This document shows, piece by piece, positions 1 to 8,665 of a stretch of 17,970 nt of DNA; the first letter of the stretch is position 1; each line of letters begins with the position of its first letter. The stretch lies in the IMG/VR virus record IMGVR_UViG_2718218128_000004; one strand, written 5' to 3'. This DNA is from a virus. Its lineage: Duplodnaviria > Heunggongvirae > Uroviricota > Caudoviricetes. Below the pieces are notes generated by a model, which made no database searches, had not been told where the DNA came from, and worked only from the letters and a program-made list of their open reading frames with translations. Both the position numbers and the translations under genes were made by a program.

Positions 1-258
1 ATGCAAACCGTTATTTTTGGTCGTTCGGGTTGCCCTTACTGTGTGCGTGCAAAAGATCTGGCTGAGAAATTGAGCAATGAACGCGATGATTTTCAGTATC
101 AGTATGTAGATATTCGTGCGGAAGGGATCACTAAAGAAGATCTACAACAAAAGGCAGGTAAACCCGTAGAAACCGTGCCGCAGATTTTTGTCGATCAGCA
201 ACATATCGGCGGCTATACCGATTTTGCTGCATGGGTGAAAGAAAATCTGGACGCCTGA
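1..258 (+). CDS. grxA: Glutaredoxin 1
   Basis: 85-aa ORF whose translation (MQTVIFGRSGCPYCVRAKDLAEKL...) I recognise as E. coli GrxA with the CPYC active-site motif; full length from ATG at position 1 to TGA at 256-258. Confidence 0.93.
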   Translation: MQTVIFGRSGCPYCVRAKDLAEKLSNERDDFQYQYVDIRAEGITKEDLQQKAGKPVETVPQIFVDQQHIGGYTDFAAWVKENLDA

Positions 259-264
259 TCGTCT

Positions 265-300
265 GACAAGCCCTCGCGTTGAGGGCTTTACTGATTTTTT
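265..300. terminator. Bidirectional rho-independent terminator between convergent grxA and ybjM
   Basis: Hairpin gccctc-gcgtt-gagggc (270-286) followed by a T-rich tract (291-300) on the plus strand; it lies in the 3' ends of both convergent genes. Confidence 0.5.
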
Positions 301-665
301 CTGTGCTGTGGTTTAAACAAACTACTGATAAATAAGAAACACAGTGCCCCCAGCGCACACCAGAACACCGCGCTTAGTAACCATGCCAGCTCTTGCCAGA
401 ATGAGCGCGTCGGTGAAAAAAACAGCCGCATAATGAGCATCGAACAGGGTGCCGCCAGCATTGCGCCAAACAGAGGTTTCAGGACTTCTCTACGCTGTGA
501 AAAGAAGCTGGCCACTGCTCCAGGAAGAATGAAAAATAGCAAGCCGATTTCAGGATGCCCGGCAGCCCGAAAAGCGCCTTTCATGTGCGTCGCCAGAAAA
601 AGGCACACCACAATGAAGAGGACAAAACAGCAGATTGCCCCCGCCCAACGTTGTTTATGTTTCAC
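288..665 (-). CDS. ybjM: Inner membrane protein YbjM
   Basis: 125-aa ORF, strongly hydrophobic with several predicted TM segments; translation matches my recollection of E. coli YbjM, and its position between grxA and ybjL matches the K-12 gene order as I remember it. Confidence 0.8.
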   Translation of the reverse strand: MKHKQRWAGAICCFVLFIVVCLFLATHMKGAFRAAGHPEIGLLFFILPGAVASFFSQRREVLKPLFGAMLAAPCSMLIMRLFFSPTRSFWQELAWLLSAVFWCALGALCFLFISSLFKPQHRKNQ

Positions 666-934
666 TCGTTCCTCCTGACACTGCGTCTATCGAACACATT
701 TTTCGCCAGTGTGGCGTTCAGTAAGATAAAGCCGCTTCGCATTCCATGCTAATATAGGCCAACGCAATTCATATAGCCGTTGATACCTAATGTGATTACA
801 CTAGTAAAATATATTGTTACTTTACTATCGTTTAGGTGCGCTGAATGAATCTGCGCCCTGAATTCTGGTAAAAAACATTATCGTAAATTACCATTTCTTT
901 CAACAGCTTACTAGTAAACAAGAAGTTAGCCTCC

Positions 935-2620
935 GTGAATATAAACGTCGCCGAATTGTTAAATGGGAATTACATTCTGTTATTATTTGTGGTCCTCGCG
1001 CTTGGGCTATGTCTCGGAAAGTTACGACTTGGTTCGATCCAACTGGGTAATTCCATTGGCGTTTTAGTCGTATCGCTGTTATTAGGCCAACAACATTTCA
1101 GCATTAACACCGATGCGCTTAATCTTGGCTTTATGCTGTTTATTTTCTGCGTCGGGGTCGAAGCCGGACCGAACTTTTTTTCCATTTTTTTTCGCGATGG
1201 GAAAAATTACCTAATGTTAGCACTGGTGATGGTTGGCAGTGCGCTGGTGATCGCCTTAGGGTTAGGTAAGCTGTTTGGCTGGGATATTGGCCTGACGGCC
1301 GGTATGTTAGCAGGCTCTATGACGTCGACACCGGTTCTGGTCGGTGCTGGCGATACACTGCGTCATTCCGGCATGGAAAGCAGGCAGCTCTCACTGGCAC
1401 TGGATAATCTGAGCCTCGGGTATGCCTTAACCTATTTAATCGGTCTGGTGAGTTTGATTGTTGGTGCGCGTTACTTGCCGAAATTGCAGCATCAGGACTT
1501 ACAGACCAGCGCCCAGCAAATCGCCCGCGAACGTGGCCTGGACACTGATGCCAACCGTAAGGTTTATTTACCGGTGATCCGCGCCTATCGCGTCGGCCCG
1601 GAGCTGGTGGCCTGGACCGACGGCAAAAATCTGCGTGAACTGGGTATTTATCGACAAACCGGCTGCTACATTGAACGTATTCGACGTAACGGGATTCTGG
1701 CAAATCCAGACGGTGATGCCGTGCTACAAATGGGCGATGAAATAGCGTTGGTAGGCTATCCCGACGCCCATGCCCGACTCGATCCCAGCTTCCGTAACGG
1801 TAAAGAAGTTTTCGATCGTGACCTTCTCGACATGCGTATCGTCACTGAAGAAGTGGTCGTTAAAAACCATAACGCTGTAGGTAAACGTCTCGCACAACTG
1901 AAGTTGACCGATCACGGTTGCTTCCTTAACCGCGTCATTCGTAGCCAGATTGAGATGCCGATAGATGACAACGTCGTGCTTAACAAAGGTGACGTTTTAC
2001 AAGTCAGCGGTGATGCCCGTCGCGTAAAAACCATCGCCGATCGCATCGGCTTTATCTCGATTCACAGCCAGGTCACTGACCTGCTGGCATTTTGCGCCTT
2101 CTTTGTTATTGGGCTGATGATCGGGATGATCACCTTCCAGTTCAGCACATTCAGTTTCGGCATGGGGAACGCTGCCGGGTTGTTATTCGCCGGAATTATG
2201 CTGGGCTTTATGCGTGCTAACCACCCGACCTTCGGTTACATTCCGCAAGGTGCATTAAGCATGGTGAAAGAGTTCGGCTTGATGGTGTTTATGGCAGGCG
2301 TTGGTCTGAGCGCCGGTAGCGGTATTAATAACGGCCTGGGCGCGATTGGCGGTCAGATGTTGATTGCCGGATTAATTGTCAGTCTTGTGCCCGTGGTTAT
2401 CTGTTTCTTGTTCGGTGCTTATGTATTGCGAATGAACCGCGCACTGTTGTTCGGCGCAATGATGGGCGCACGCACCTGCGCGCCGGCAATGGAGATCATC
2501 AGTGATACAGCTCGCAGTAACATCCCTGCGCTGGGCTATGCGGGCACCTACGCAATCGCCAACGTCCTGCTGACGCTGGCAGGGACAATCATCGTCATGG
2601 TATGGCCAGGATTAGGATAA
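935..2620 (+). CDS. ybjL: Putative transport protein YbjL (aspartate:alanine exchanger-type membrane transporter with central cytoplasmic domains)
   Basis: 561-aa ORF starting at GTG 935; translation ([33 protein letters not shown]...) recognised as E. coli YbjL; hydrophobic N- and C-terminal halves separated by a soluble central region. Confidence 0.93.
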
Positions 2621-2732
2621 AACTGAAGTTGCCCTGAAAATGAAATTTTTTTGCACAACCGCAGAACTTTTCCGCAGGGCATCAGTCTTAATTAGTGCCA
2701 CTGCTTTTCTTTGATGTCCCCATTTTGTGGAG

Positions 2733-2776
2733 CCCATCAACCCCGCCATTTCGGTTCAAGGTTGATGGGTTTTTTG
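2733..2776 (+). terminator. Rho-independent terminator downstream of ybjL
   Basis: Perfect 10-bp stem cccatcaacc (2733-2742) / ggttgatggg (2760-2769) followed by TTTTTT (2770-2775); no T-run on the opposite strand, so it acts on plus-strand transcripts. Confidence 0.6.
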
Positions 2777-2855
2777 TTGCCTGAAATTTATGCCGTTTAA
2801 AATCATGACGTTAGGAGCACTGTTTTTTAACGATGGCGACAAAATGGCGGCAGCG

Positions 2856-3074
2856 TCAAAGAGAGAGCGCCACCTGTCCTGATTTCATTGGATGCGGCTG
2901 AACCGGATTTGACTCTTTTGGCGTTGCAATCGAACGAACAAAAGTTTCATGGGTAACAAAAGTATGGCTGCAGTTAATGTTCTGGCACTGGTTGTAACGC
3001 TCTTTGGTCAATGAAGATACCTGAAAACTGCTGCGAGTATGGGCGGCACTTCCACACAGTGGGCAAATCATCAT
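2856..3074 (-). CDS. ogr: Ogr/Delta-family zinc-finger late transcription activator
   Basis: 72-aa product from ATG at 3074 (MMICPLCGSAAHTRSSF...ERYNQCQNINCSHTF...) with the C-x2-C...C-x4-C zinc-binding pattern and clear similarity to P2 Ogr as I recall it; RBS GGGGAG about 10 nt upstream. The track ORF starts 11 codons earlier, which I consider less likely. Confidence 0.85.
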   Translation of the reverse strand: MMICPLCGSAAHTRSSFQVSSLTKERYNQCQNINCSHTFVTHETFVRSIATPKESNPVQPHPMKSGQVALSL

Positions 3075-3111
3075 TTTTCGAGTTCTCCCCATTTTTGCTA
3101 AATTCACAATA

Positions 3112-3139
3112 ATGATACCGCATTATTCCATTTTGAAAA
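3112..3139 (-). promoter_or_regulatory. Putative sigma70 promoter for ogr
   Basis: On the minus strand TTTTCA (3139-3134), 16-nt spacer, TATCAT (3117-3112), about 40 nt upstream of the ogr start codon. Read by eye only. Confidence 0.3.
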
Positions 3140-3274
3140 CTTAAAAGTTCTCCATTGCGAAGAATCACTCCATTTCGAAATCATCAATCTTCACTTCAAG
3201 CTCCAAACTGGTCGTAAAACCGTTATCCGGGCTGACAGTATGCGTCAGGGTGGTAATAGTCCATTCCGCATCAT

Positions 3275-3814
3275 CTACTGTGAATGCGGGTCCGGTGCGG
3301 CAAGATGTTTTGCCATCTTATCATCCACGAACACCTTCAGCTCCAGTACCTTGTCATCCACATACTTGCGGGTTGCCAGCACGACGGCAGGGTCGATTTT
3401 CAGGGTGATATTGTCCGTGCTGCTGGTAATCAGCACCATGCGCACGGTCTGGGTGCGCCCGCTGCCTTCAGCCAGTTGCGGCTTATAGCTTTCCGGGCAG
3501 TTGCCTACGGCAATCAATGCCCCGGACTCATCAAACAGACCCACTTCACGTATCCACCAACCACCCTCATTTTCAGGGATCACCTGTTCAGCAATAATCT
3601 GGCTGCTGTTCTGCGGGTCGATATAGAGCATATTCAGCGCAGCCCGGCGTTTCTCATTTACCAGTGCCGTCTGCTTTGCGTCCGGCGTCGGCAATGCTCC
3701 GCCGCCATCGCCCACCGCCATATGGGTAATTTTTAGCGGCACACCGAGCGCGGCGGCGCTGGCAAGTTTCGCCGCGCCAATATCCGTCAGCAGGGTATAA
3801 AATTTTGTGCTCAT
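3275..3814 (-). pseudogene. H: Tail fibre protein H, N-terminal fragment (truncated)
   Basis: 179-aa ORF whose translation (MSTKFYTLLTDIGAAKLA...MAVGDGGG...ESYKPQLAEGSGRTQT...) resembles the N-terminus of the P2 H tail fibre (about 670 aa as I recall); the ORF stops at 3275 and the downstream genes G to D are absent. Confidence 0.75.
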
Positions 3815-4416
3815 GGATTCACTCTCATTGTGTCAATAACATGGACCGCCCCGCCTTCATGCGCGGTGCCGCCGGAAATAATTGTTTCGTTGATATACGG
3901 ATAGATCGTGATTTCTTCGCCAAGATAACTGGCGGCTCCCACCCAATGCGGACCGCTGGTCTGCAGATTGATGGACATGCCGATCATGTGACGGCTACAT
4001 GGTTTGGCATCGCTTATCAGTCGCTCAAGTTCCAGATAGGTATCTTCAGTGATGCCCTGGTCCTGCACACCAATGTCCAGACGAAACGTGCCCGGTGTTT
4101 CTCCGGTCTGCCACCACTCAATAATGCGGATCAGGAAGCCGAACGGCTCCACCACCCGCCGTACGGCACTGGTGGTTCCTTTGTGCTGATGAATATAAAA
4201 AGCATCCTTCACTACCTGGCGTTTGACGCTTTCTGTCCAGCCCTCGTCCCAGCGATCCACAGAGAACGCCCAGGCGAGATAAGGCAGGAAACTGACCGGA
4301 CAGGTTGCCGGATTCCACAAGTCACGCAGTGACACCTGCAGATCAGAAATCCCGCTACAGGTTTGCGCCAGTCGGCGCTCCAGTGGCGTGGAACCCGGTG
4401 GCAGCAGACTATTCAT
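3811..4416 (-). CDS. I: Baseplate assembly protein I
   Basis: 201-aa ORF (…LWNPATCPVSFLPYLAWAFSVDRWDEGW…GTFRLDIGVQ…) similar to P2 gpI; its stop overlaps the start of the H fragment (ATGA overlap at 3811-3814), as in intact P2-like tail operons. Confidence 0.85.
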   Translation of the reverse strand: MNSLLPPGSTPLERRLAQTCSGISDLQVSLRDLWNPATCPVSFLPYLAWAFSVDRWDEGWTESVKRQVVKDAFYIHQHKGTTSAVRRVVEPFGFLIRIIEWWQTGETPGTFRLDIGVQDQGITEDTYLELERLISDAKPCSRHMIGMSINLQTSGPHWVGAASYLGEEITIYPYINETIISGGTAHEGGAVHVIDTMRVNP

Positions 4417-4855
4417 CCGTTCCCCCGTTGGTCACGCTCCACTGAGTACATGATGCCGCCTGCGTTTTGTTCAGGACCACATCAGCCAGCGGTGAAGCCA
4501 GCTCCACACGTTGAACACCCTCAACATGCAGCGCGGCAAAAATAGCACTACGGCGAATATCCCGACCGAGCCGCGTCTGACTGGCGATGTACCTCTGCAG
4601 GCTGACTTTTGCCGCTGCCATTACCGGCTCTGCTTCCGGTCCCGGATAAAGAAAAATGGTAGCTTCCACACGGTACGGGATGATTTCTGCGCTGCGAACC
4701 GTCAGACGGTCAGCCACCGGGCGGACGTTCTCACTGTTCAGGGCTTTCTCCACCACATCCAGCAAGTCTTTTTCTGCTGTTCCGTCGCCTTCACGACTCA
4801 GGACAGTCAGTACCACCTCTGCAGGTGCCGGACTGGTTGCACTGGCATCCGCCAC
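4409..4855 (-). pseudogene. J: Baseplate assembly protein J, C-terminal fragment (N-terminal half missing)
   Basis: 148-aa ORF matching the C-terminal half of P2 gpJ (…VRPVADRLTV…LYPGPE…LGRDIRRSAIFAALHVEGVQRVELASPLADVVL…); P2 gpJ is about 300 aa as I recall, and the genes normally upstream (W, V, S, R ... O, P) are absent. Confidence 0.75.
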
Positions 4856-4964
4856 CCGACCGTCGGCGCTTCGGGCATGAAATTCATAAGCGGCAGTTGG
4901 CCCCGCAACAGAAAGCCCTTCAACCCAGCCGTATCAGTTCACGAAAGGCAGCATTTTTCATCTG

Positions 4965-5504
4965 ATGGAACCGGACATCAACCAGGAGATCTACGGCTTG
5001 CCCGGCTATCTTTCTGCCATTCCATCCGCCCTGCTCAACGAATCCGCCACGCTGTTCCGCCGTAAGTATTACATCAACGGCAGCCATGCAGGCTTCATCA
5101 TGTACATGACCGACGCCGCGCAGAATCAGGAGGATGTGAACAACCTCCGCAACGCGATGAAAAGCGCCAAAGGTCCAGGCAACTTCCGCAACCTGTTTAT
5201 GTACTCGCCTAACGGCAAAAAGGACGGGCTTCAGATCATTCCTCTGTCAGAAGTCGCGGCGAAGGATGAGTTTCTGAATATCAAAAATGTCAGTCGCGAT
5301 GACATGATGGCAGCACACCGCGTACCGCCGCAAATGATGGGGATTATGCCGAATAATGTTGGGGGTTTTGGGGATGTGGAGAAGGCGAGTCGAGTTTTTG
5401 TGCGAAATGAATTGAGGCCACTACAAAAGAGCCTATTAGAGCTGAACAACTGGTTAAAGGAGGATGTAATACATTTTGAGGATTATAACTTAGATATTCA
5501 ATAA
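4965..5504 (+). pseudogene. Q: Portal protein Q, C-terminal fragment
   Basis: 179-aa ORF similar to the C-terminal half of P2 portal gpQ (…KGPGNFRNLFMY…LQIIPLSEVAAKDEFLNIKNVSRDDMMAAHRVPPQMMGIMPNNVGGFGDVEKA…); opposite strand to the tail genes, as expected for the P2 Q-P operon; N-terminal half and gene P are missing. Confidence 0.75.
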
Positions 5505-5508
5505 TCTT

Positions 5509-5532
5509 AAAAACCTGCATATGCAGGTTTTT
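5509..5532. terminator. Bidirectional rho-independent terminator
   Basis: Perfect palindrome aaacctgcat/atgcaggttt (5511-5530) flanked by an A-run upstream and T-run downstream; sits between the convergent Q fragment (+) and the three-gene cassette (-). Confidence 0.5.
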
Positions 5533-5567
5533 ACATTATATAGTTATAAAACTAACAAAAATCATAT

Positions 5568-6233
5568 TCAAAGCTCTGAGTCTACAGGCTCATGATAAAG
5601 GTTTACAGGGTAGTGTATAACCTCATAATTAAGTTGACTAACAGTGTGAGTATGTTGACTGTAAAAAACCAATGGGTTTCTCTTACAAGGAGTTATCGAG
5701 ATAGACTTACAAGCATGAATTCTTGGAGCCGATTTATCTAAATGAGCCTTCCACTTAGTCATCATTTCATTACATTTTTTATTACGCGTATATATAATTA
5801 ACCCACCACTTGCACTGTCTACAGTACCAGTGCTATATCGCTCAGTGAGTTGTGCATACCCTTTAAATAAATAACTATATGAACCAGTGTGTTTTTTGGC
5901 CTCGCCATGCCAAGTAAATCTATTCAACTTTATTGTTATATCACAATGACCTCGTTGATTATTTTCATGATATGCTTCAATTCCCATATCTTTATTTTTT
6001 ATATTTGCCAGTAAAATTAAAGTAAGCTGATCTTCTGTTAAATCAAAATTCAATTTATTTGAATTTTCCTCAATTGCCTGTACAGCAGAATCAAGCTCAA
6101 TTCTTACAAACTGTTTGAAGTTCTCATACGACTGGAGAGCAAACCTAACGCGAGTAATAGAAGCATTGATACGCTGAAGAAAAATATCATTATCAATTTC
6201 AGCTAAACTCATTGGTGCAGACATTTTTAACAT
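5568..6233 (-). CDS. Hypothetical protein, gene 3 of AT-rich three-gene cassette (221 aa); possible PD-(D/E)xK-like nuclease motif
   Basis: ORF with ATG at 6233-6231 overlapping the stop codon of the upstream gene by 1 nt (TGATG); strongly AT-rich; no family recognised by eye; segment HCDITIKLNRFTWHGEAKK contains a D...ExK arrangement. Confidence 0.6.
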   Translation of the reverse strand: MLKMSAPMSLAEIDNDIFLQRINASITRVRFALQSYENFKQFVRIELDSAVQAIEENSNKLNFDLTEDQLTLILLANIKNKDMGIEAYHENNQRGHCDITIKLNRFTWHGEAKKHTGSYSYLFKGYAQLTERYSTGTVDSASGGLIIYTRNKKCNEMMTKWKAHLDKSAPRIHACKSISITPCKRNPLVFYSQHTHTVSQLNYEVIHYPVNLYHEPVDSEL

Positions 6234-6667
6234 CAGACAATATCCTTTAATTTAGATTCATCTAATGTAAAAAAAGGAAAGACGAAGGACTTATAGTCAT
6301 ACATAATCTCCCCTGTAAATGGGTTTACTAAAGATTGATTAATTTCAGCCTCTATAACATCTTCTAACTCAAGCTCAATAGGATCATGAAAATCATCAAT
6401 AAACCAATAATTGAGTTTTAAAAACTCAACCTTTGGACTACAAAGAATTTGTATAGCTGGGTACACAACCTGCTCATATGCTTCAGGTTGTATACATCCT
6501 TTATAACCATTAACGATACTAAATAAATCTTTATAACTCAGAGCTATATTAGGCGATTTCTTTGCTCTCACACCAATTTCATCATACAAATAGCAAGCTA
6601 GCGCCCCTATATCAGGGCGCTCTGCACATATTTCTTTGATGATCTGGGGCATATCACCATCCTTCAT
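6233..6667 (-). CDS. Hypothetical acidic protein, gene 2 of AT-rich three-gene cassette (144 aa from ATG 6667)
   Basis: ORF in the track begins at TTG 6679; I prefer ATG 6667, which has GGAG 6 nt upstream. Acidic C-terminal stretch (DDFHDPIELELEDVIEAEINQ). No family recognised. Confidence 0.6.
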   Translation of the reverse strand: MKDGDMPQIIKEICAERPDIGALACYLYDEIGVRAKKSPNIALSYKDLFSIVNGYKGCIQPEAYEQVVYPAIQILCSPKVEFLKLNYWFIDDFHDPIELELEDVIEAEINQSLVNPFTGEIMYDYKSFVFPFFTLDESKLKDIV

Positions 6668-6679
6668 TGCTGACTCCAA

Positions 6680-7786
6680 TTATAATATCAGCTTTGTGAG
6701 GGTTTCGAAATCATCTTTGGATATACATTTGCTTAATATAGCATAATTGACAGGAGAGCACCCACTACCACCTAAATGTCTGCGTAATGTTCCTGGAATG
6801 ATAAGCTCTACACTATCCGCCAATTGCAATTTTGGATTATTCCTATCTACTCTAATTCCAATACGATATAAACCAATATTACCTACAGCTTTAATGCCCT
6901 CTTTATTAAACAGATCATCACGCAAGTCTTTCTTAGCCACATTTTTCTTTTCCTTATGAGTGGTTCCCTCATAAGTTAAAAATGACAAATCGAACACCTT
7001 ATAACTTAAACTTGAATATGGCATTACATTTTGCTTGAAAATTGGCTCAATTAATGGATAAAAATCCTTTTCCGATGAATTAAATTGATAACCTGCGCAA
7101 TTATATAACTCACGAATAAAATTCGTTTTCGCAAAAACGATATTATCACCAACAACATTACCATTAGTATCAATTAATACATGGATTTTATTTGAAGCTG
7201 AATCTAATATACACACATCAAAACACTGACGTTTTTCTTTTCTCTTCGCAATGATTTCATCAAACTGTTTGTATGCTGCTAACTTTGACGGAGGGACTTT
7301 CTCTCTTACAACCAGCTCCCTGATAGATGAAAATACCAAAATAGACTGAGTATTTTGCTTAGAGTAATTAACAAGCTCAAGTTGATTTTTAATAGCATGC
7401 TGTAATTGAACATCATCAACAATCGTTTCGACTAATGATGTTGGTTGCTTCATCATATTCCATTGGCGAGCATATCTATCATCAAGTAATTTAATTACTT
7501 GACTATCTACAGACAAACTAAATATTGCTTTTTCACCATAAACAACCTGCCCAAAGACTAAATCATTTACACTTGCAATGATTTTGTCAAATTTTTGCCT
7601 ATCTTTCTTTTTAAAATCAATGAGGCTTTCTAGTATTTTGTCGTTTGTTGCTTCACGCCCTCTACCTGTAGGTAGCCCTAAAGAAGCAATAATTGGTCTG
7701 GCGATATGCCACGTAAAACGTTCAGTTAAGGCTAAGATCGACTTTAACTCAAAGTCAGAAAGCACCACTGGGACACCACTTGTCAT
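6680..7786 (-). CDS. Hypothetical protein, gene 1 of AT-rich three-gene cassette (368 aa from ATG 7786)
   Basis: Track ORF starts at GTG 7795; ATG 7786 has AGGTG 6 nt upstream. Stop codon directly abuts the gene 2 start region. No Walker A, HUH or other motif recognised by eye. Confidence 0.6.
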   Translation of the reverse strand: MTSGVPVVLSDFELKSILALTERFTWHIARPIIASLGLPTGRGREATNDKILESLIDFKKKDRQKFDKIIASVNDLVFGQVVYGEKAIFSLSVDSQVIKLLDDRYARQWNMMKQPTSLVETIVDDVQLQHAIKNQLELVNYSKQNTQSILVFSSIRELVVREKVPPSKLAAYKQFDEIIAKRKEKRQCFDVCILDSASNKIHVLIDTNGNVVGDNIVFAKTNFIRELYNCAGYQFNSSEKDFYPLIEPIFKQNVMPYSSLSYKVFDLSFLTYEGTTHKEKKNVAKKDLRDDLFNKEGIKAVGNIGLYRIGIRVDRNNPKLQLADSVELIIPGTLRRHLGGSGCSPVNYAILSKCISKDDFETLTKLIL

Positions 7787-7849
7787 AACATGCACCTAGT
7801 CAACCCAAAAGCAATTGAAAATCGCTCTTGTCTTAATTTTTTCCATCAA

Positions 7850-7877
7850 TATCTAACAAATTACCTTAATGTTGAAA
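7850..7877 (-). promoter_or_regulatory. Putative promoter of the three-gene cassette
   Basis: Minus strand: TTGCAA (7877-7872), 16-nt spacer, GGTAAT (7855-7850), about 60 nt upstream of ATG 7786. Weak -10; by-eye prediction in AT-rich DNA. Confidence 0.25.
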
Positions 7878-7936
7878 AAGTTTGCAAGCCATTTGCGTCT
7901 AAAAAGTGACTTGACTCAATGTGTTACAAAGCTTAG

Positions 7937-7955
7937 CGAGCGCGCGCTCGTATCC
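7937..7955 (-). other. cos-like sequence (possible cohesive-end site of the P2/186 family)
   Basis: Minus strand reads GGCGTGGCGGGGATACGAG; the first 13 nt match the 186/P2 cohesive-end sequence as I remember it (GGCGTGGCGGGGAAAGCAT for 186). Orientation agrees with the prophage orientation. Recalled from memory, not verified. Confidence 0.3.
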
Positions 7956-8007
7956 CCGCCACGCCTGCCCGCTTTATGGAGCGATTTTCATGCACCTGCA
8001 TGACATA

Positions 8008-8034
8008 AGCAAAAGCCCGCCAGTTCTGGCGGGC
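8008..8034 (-). terminator. Rho-independent terminator for the leftward SOS-regulated transcript
   Basis: Stem gcccgcc (8015-8021) / ggcgggc (8028-8034) with loop agttct; on the minus strand the hairpin is followed by a T-run (plus-strand A-run at 8011-8014); about 70 nt downstream of the 88-aa ORF. Confidence 0.45.
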
Positions 8035-8101
8035 CTCAGCGAAAACGATCCTCAAACGATCATGCGATCTCATGCAGCATAGACATGCACCCAGCCGGTT
8101 G

Positions 8102-8368
8102 TCAGAAAAGCGGCATTTGTGGGGTGTATCCAACGGGTAAAGACCGTCTGAGCTGCTCGCCCTCATAATCAATGATGAAGACCATCGCCTCACTACCTGA
8201 TACAGGATGATCGGAGCCAAACAAAAACACATCATCCATGGTTCTTCCCATCCAGTACTTGCCGCCATACTCTACACGACGCTGAAACAAAACCCATCCA
8301 CCAAGTTCGTCACGTTCAAGCGCCTGCCCCTCATAAACGGTCTGGAATTTGCTGTTGGATTTACCCAT
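8102..8368 (-). CDS. Hypothetical small protein (88 aa), second gene of LexA-controlled operon
   Basis: ATG 8368 preceded by GAGG 9 nt upstream; in-frame TAG upstream confirms it is a separate cistron from the preceding small gene. Function not recognised; position corresponds to the tum/SOS operon of phage 186. Confidence 0.6.
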   Translation of the reverse strand: MGKSNSKFQTVYEGQALERDELGGWVLFQRRVEYGGKYWMGRTMDDVFLFGSDHPVSGSEAMVFIIDYEGEQLRRSLPVGYTPQMPLF

Positions 8369-8446
8369 GGCTAACGCCTCGTTGTACTCGTTGTTTAACC
8401 TTGCTGACGTAAGAAGCTAGTTCTCACGCCAGCAACGTTCCTGCTG

Positions 8447-8635
8447 TTAACTGGGAAGATCCATTGAGCGGTTGTATTCATGAGCACGAATCTTTGCCAT
8501 CAGCTCATCCGTTAACTCAGAAACCCACTGGATAGCCAGTCGCTTCTCTTCATCATCACACTCACTAGCCGCCACAAGCTTGACAAAAAAATCAATGCGC
8601 TGGAGCTTCAACGACTCCAAAAAATAGTCTTGCAT
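8447..8635 (-). CDS. Hypothetical small protein (62 aa), first gene of LexA-controlled operon
   Basis: I place the start at ATG 8635 (strong AGGAGG 4 nt upstream) because the track ORF start at 8758 lies upstream of the promoter; product MQDYFLESLKLQRIDFF... Confidence 0.5.
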   Translation of the reverse strand: MQDYFLESLKLQRIDFFVKLVAASECDDEEKRLAIQWVSELTDELMAKIRAHEYNRSMDLPS

Positions 8636-8665
8636 CTTCCCTCCTATCACCAAACACACAGAAAG

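Noticed and set aside
433-752. Plus-strand ORFs of 81 and 65 aa overlapping ybjM
   Set aside because: They are antisense to, or just beyond, the well-supported ybjM gene; no RBS and arbitrary composition, so they are likely spurious.
970-1915. Minus-strand ORFs (71, 128 and 63 aa) inside ybjL
   Set aside because: They lie fully within and antisense to the conserved ybjL coding sequence; typical shadow ORFs.
2974-3168. 64-aa minus-strand ORF overlapping ogr, and the 83-aa extended ogr start at 3107
   Set aside because: The alternative frame has no homology; the extended start lacks an RBS, whereas ATG 3074 has GGGGAG upstream and gives the canonical 72-aa Ogr length.
3240-4332. Plus-strand ORFs (82, 150 and 175 aa) overlapping the H fragment and gene I
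   Set aside because: They are antisense to recognisable P2 tail genes and have no independent support.
4511-5065. 184-aa plus-strand ORF spanning the J/Q junction
   Set aside because: It is antisense to the J fragment and out of frame with the Q fragment; it is an artefact of the deletion junction and not a fused gene.
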